Source: Actinomycetota bacterium (GTDB lineage: Bacteria > Actinomycetota > Thermoleophilia > Gaiellales > Gaiellaceae). Taken from it: 64,000 nt of DNA. Below are positions 63,332-64,000 of the stretch, one piece after another. Position numbers and translations under genes: made by a program. The stretch covers positions 22,874 to 86,873 of the forward strand of contig PLJC01000008.1 of assembly GCA_003139545.1 (NCBI GenBank), written 5' to 3'. Every line of letters starts with the position of its first letter. Within the stretch, counting starts at the first letter, position 1. The notes below the pieces were generated by a model. It was given only the letters and a program-made list of their open reading frames with translations. It was not told the origin of the DNA and made no database searches.

Positions 63332-64000
63332 CTGCGGGCACGGAGAGCCCGGCGGCCGCGCGCAGCGTGTCGGCCTTGTCGGTGCGCTCCCACGTGAAGT
63401 CGGGGTCGTCGCGGCCGAAGTGGCCGTACGCCGCCGTCTTCGTGTAGATCGGCCGGCGCAGATCGAGGTCGCGGAGGATCGCCGCCGGGCGCAGGTCGAA
63501 ATGCTCCTGCACGAGCGCCTCGATCTGCAGCGCGGGGATCGCCTCCGTCCCGAACGTCTCCACGAGAACCGACATCGGATGCGCCACGCCGATCGCGTAC
63601 GCGACCTGGATCTGGCAGCGGTCGGCGAGGCCCGCGGCGACGACGTTCTTCGCCACGTAGCGCGCGGCGTAGGCGGCCGAGCGGTCGACCTTCGTCGGGT
63701 CCTTGCCCGAGAACGCGCCGCCGCCGTGCGGCGCCGCGCCACCGTACGTATCGACGATGATCTTGCGGCCCGTCAATCCGGCGTCGCCCATCGGGCCGCC
63801 GACGACGAACTTGCCGGTCGGATTGCAATAGAAGAAATCCTTCGCTTCGAGGCTCCTCGGGTCGTACAGCTCCTTCGGGAGGATCGGCTCGAGCACGTGC
63901 TCGATGAGATCCGGCTTCATCAGCATCTCGATGTCGATTCCCTCGCGATGCTGCGTCGAGATGACGATCCGCTCGATCTCGACGGGGCGCCGGTGCCCGT
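63324..64000 (-). CDS. metK: S-adenosylmethionine synthase, C-terminal part (the gene continues beyond the window)
   Basis: [40 protein letters not shown]. The frame is open to the window edge. Confidence 0.95.
   Translation of the reverse strand, partial: GHRRPVEIERIVISTQHREGIDIEMLMKPDLIEHVLEPILPKELYDPRSLEAKDFFYCNPTGKFVVGGPMGDAGLTGRKIIVDTYGGAAPHGGGAFSGKDPTKVDRSAAYAARYVAKNVVAAGLADRCQIQVAYAIGVAHPMSVLVETFGTEAIPALQIEALVQEHFDLRPAAILRDLDLRRPIYTKTAAYGHFGRDDPDFTWERTDKADTLRAAAGLSVPAAV

Overview
High-GC, Actinomycetota-like chromosomal window in two parts. (1) Positions 1 to ~18.2 kb are an accessory block. It starts at the 3' end of a tRNA gene, contains two more identical 42-nt tRNA-derived direct repeats (1590-1631 and 6805-6846) flanked by short tandem (A/G)TGGAGC motifs, and ends at a comM/yifB gene that is cut off inside its AAA+ domain (18190). 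I found no integrase, transposase or recombinase in it. Its cargo is: an SDR-like operon; an ECF sigma / membrane-protein pair; an XRE-ImmA/IrrE peptidase plus DUF4411 PIN-like pair (RosmerTA-like architecture); an Mre11/SbcD-like phosphoesterase plus a 1165-aa Rad50/SbcC-like ATPase; a SAMHD1-type HD dNTPase-like gene overlapping a Panacea/DUF4065-like small gene; a DNA methyltransferase fused to an Mrr-type nuclease domain; and a small secreted protein / XRE / HTH module. The HD + Panacea-like pair and its neighbours are my best candidates for an undescribed defence or toxin-antitoxin system. (2) Positions ~19.2-64 kb are dense, mostly minus-strand housekeeping genes: two methyltransferases, yraN, rnhB, rplS, lepB, trmD, rimM, rpsP, ffh, ftsY, smc, rnc, acpP, plsX, rpmF, yceD, coaD, rsmD, recG, DegV, DAK2, Asp23, rpmB, ribH-ribBA-ribE-ribD, rpe, rsmB, fmt, def, priA, ZIP/DtxR, an epimerase and metK. 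A few plus-strand genes interrupt this stretch, including a 942-aa adenylate cyclase-STAND ATPase between ffh and ftsY. The ORF track starts each ORF at the first ATG/GTG/TTG, so many listed ORFs are over-extended. Starts were trimmed using conserved N-termini, RBS-like sequences and ATGA/GTGA start-stop overlaps. All functional calls rest on motifs read by eye, with no database searches.
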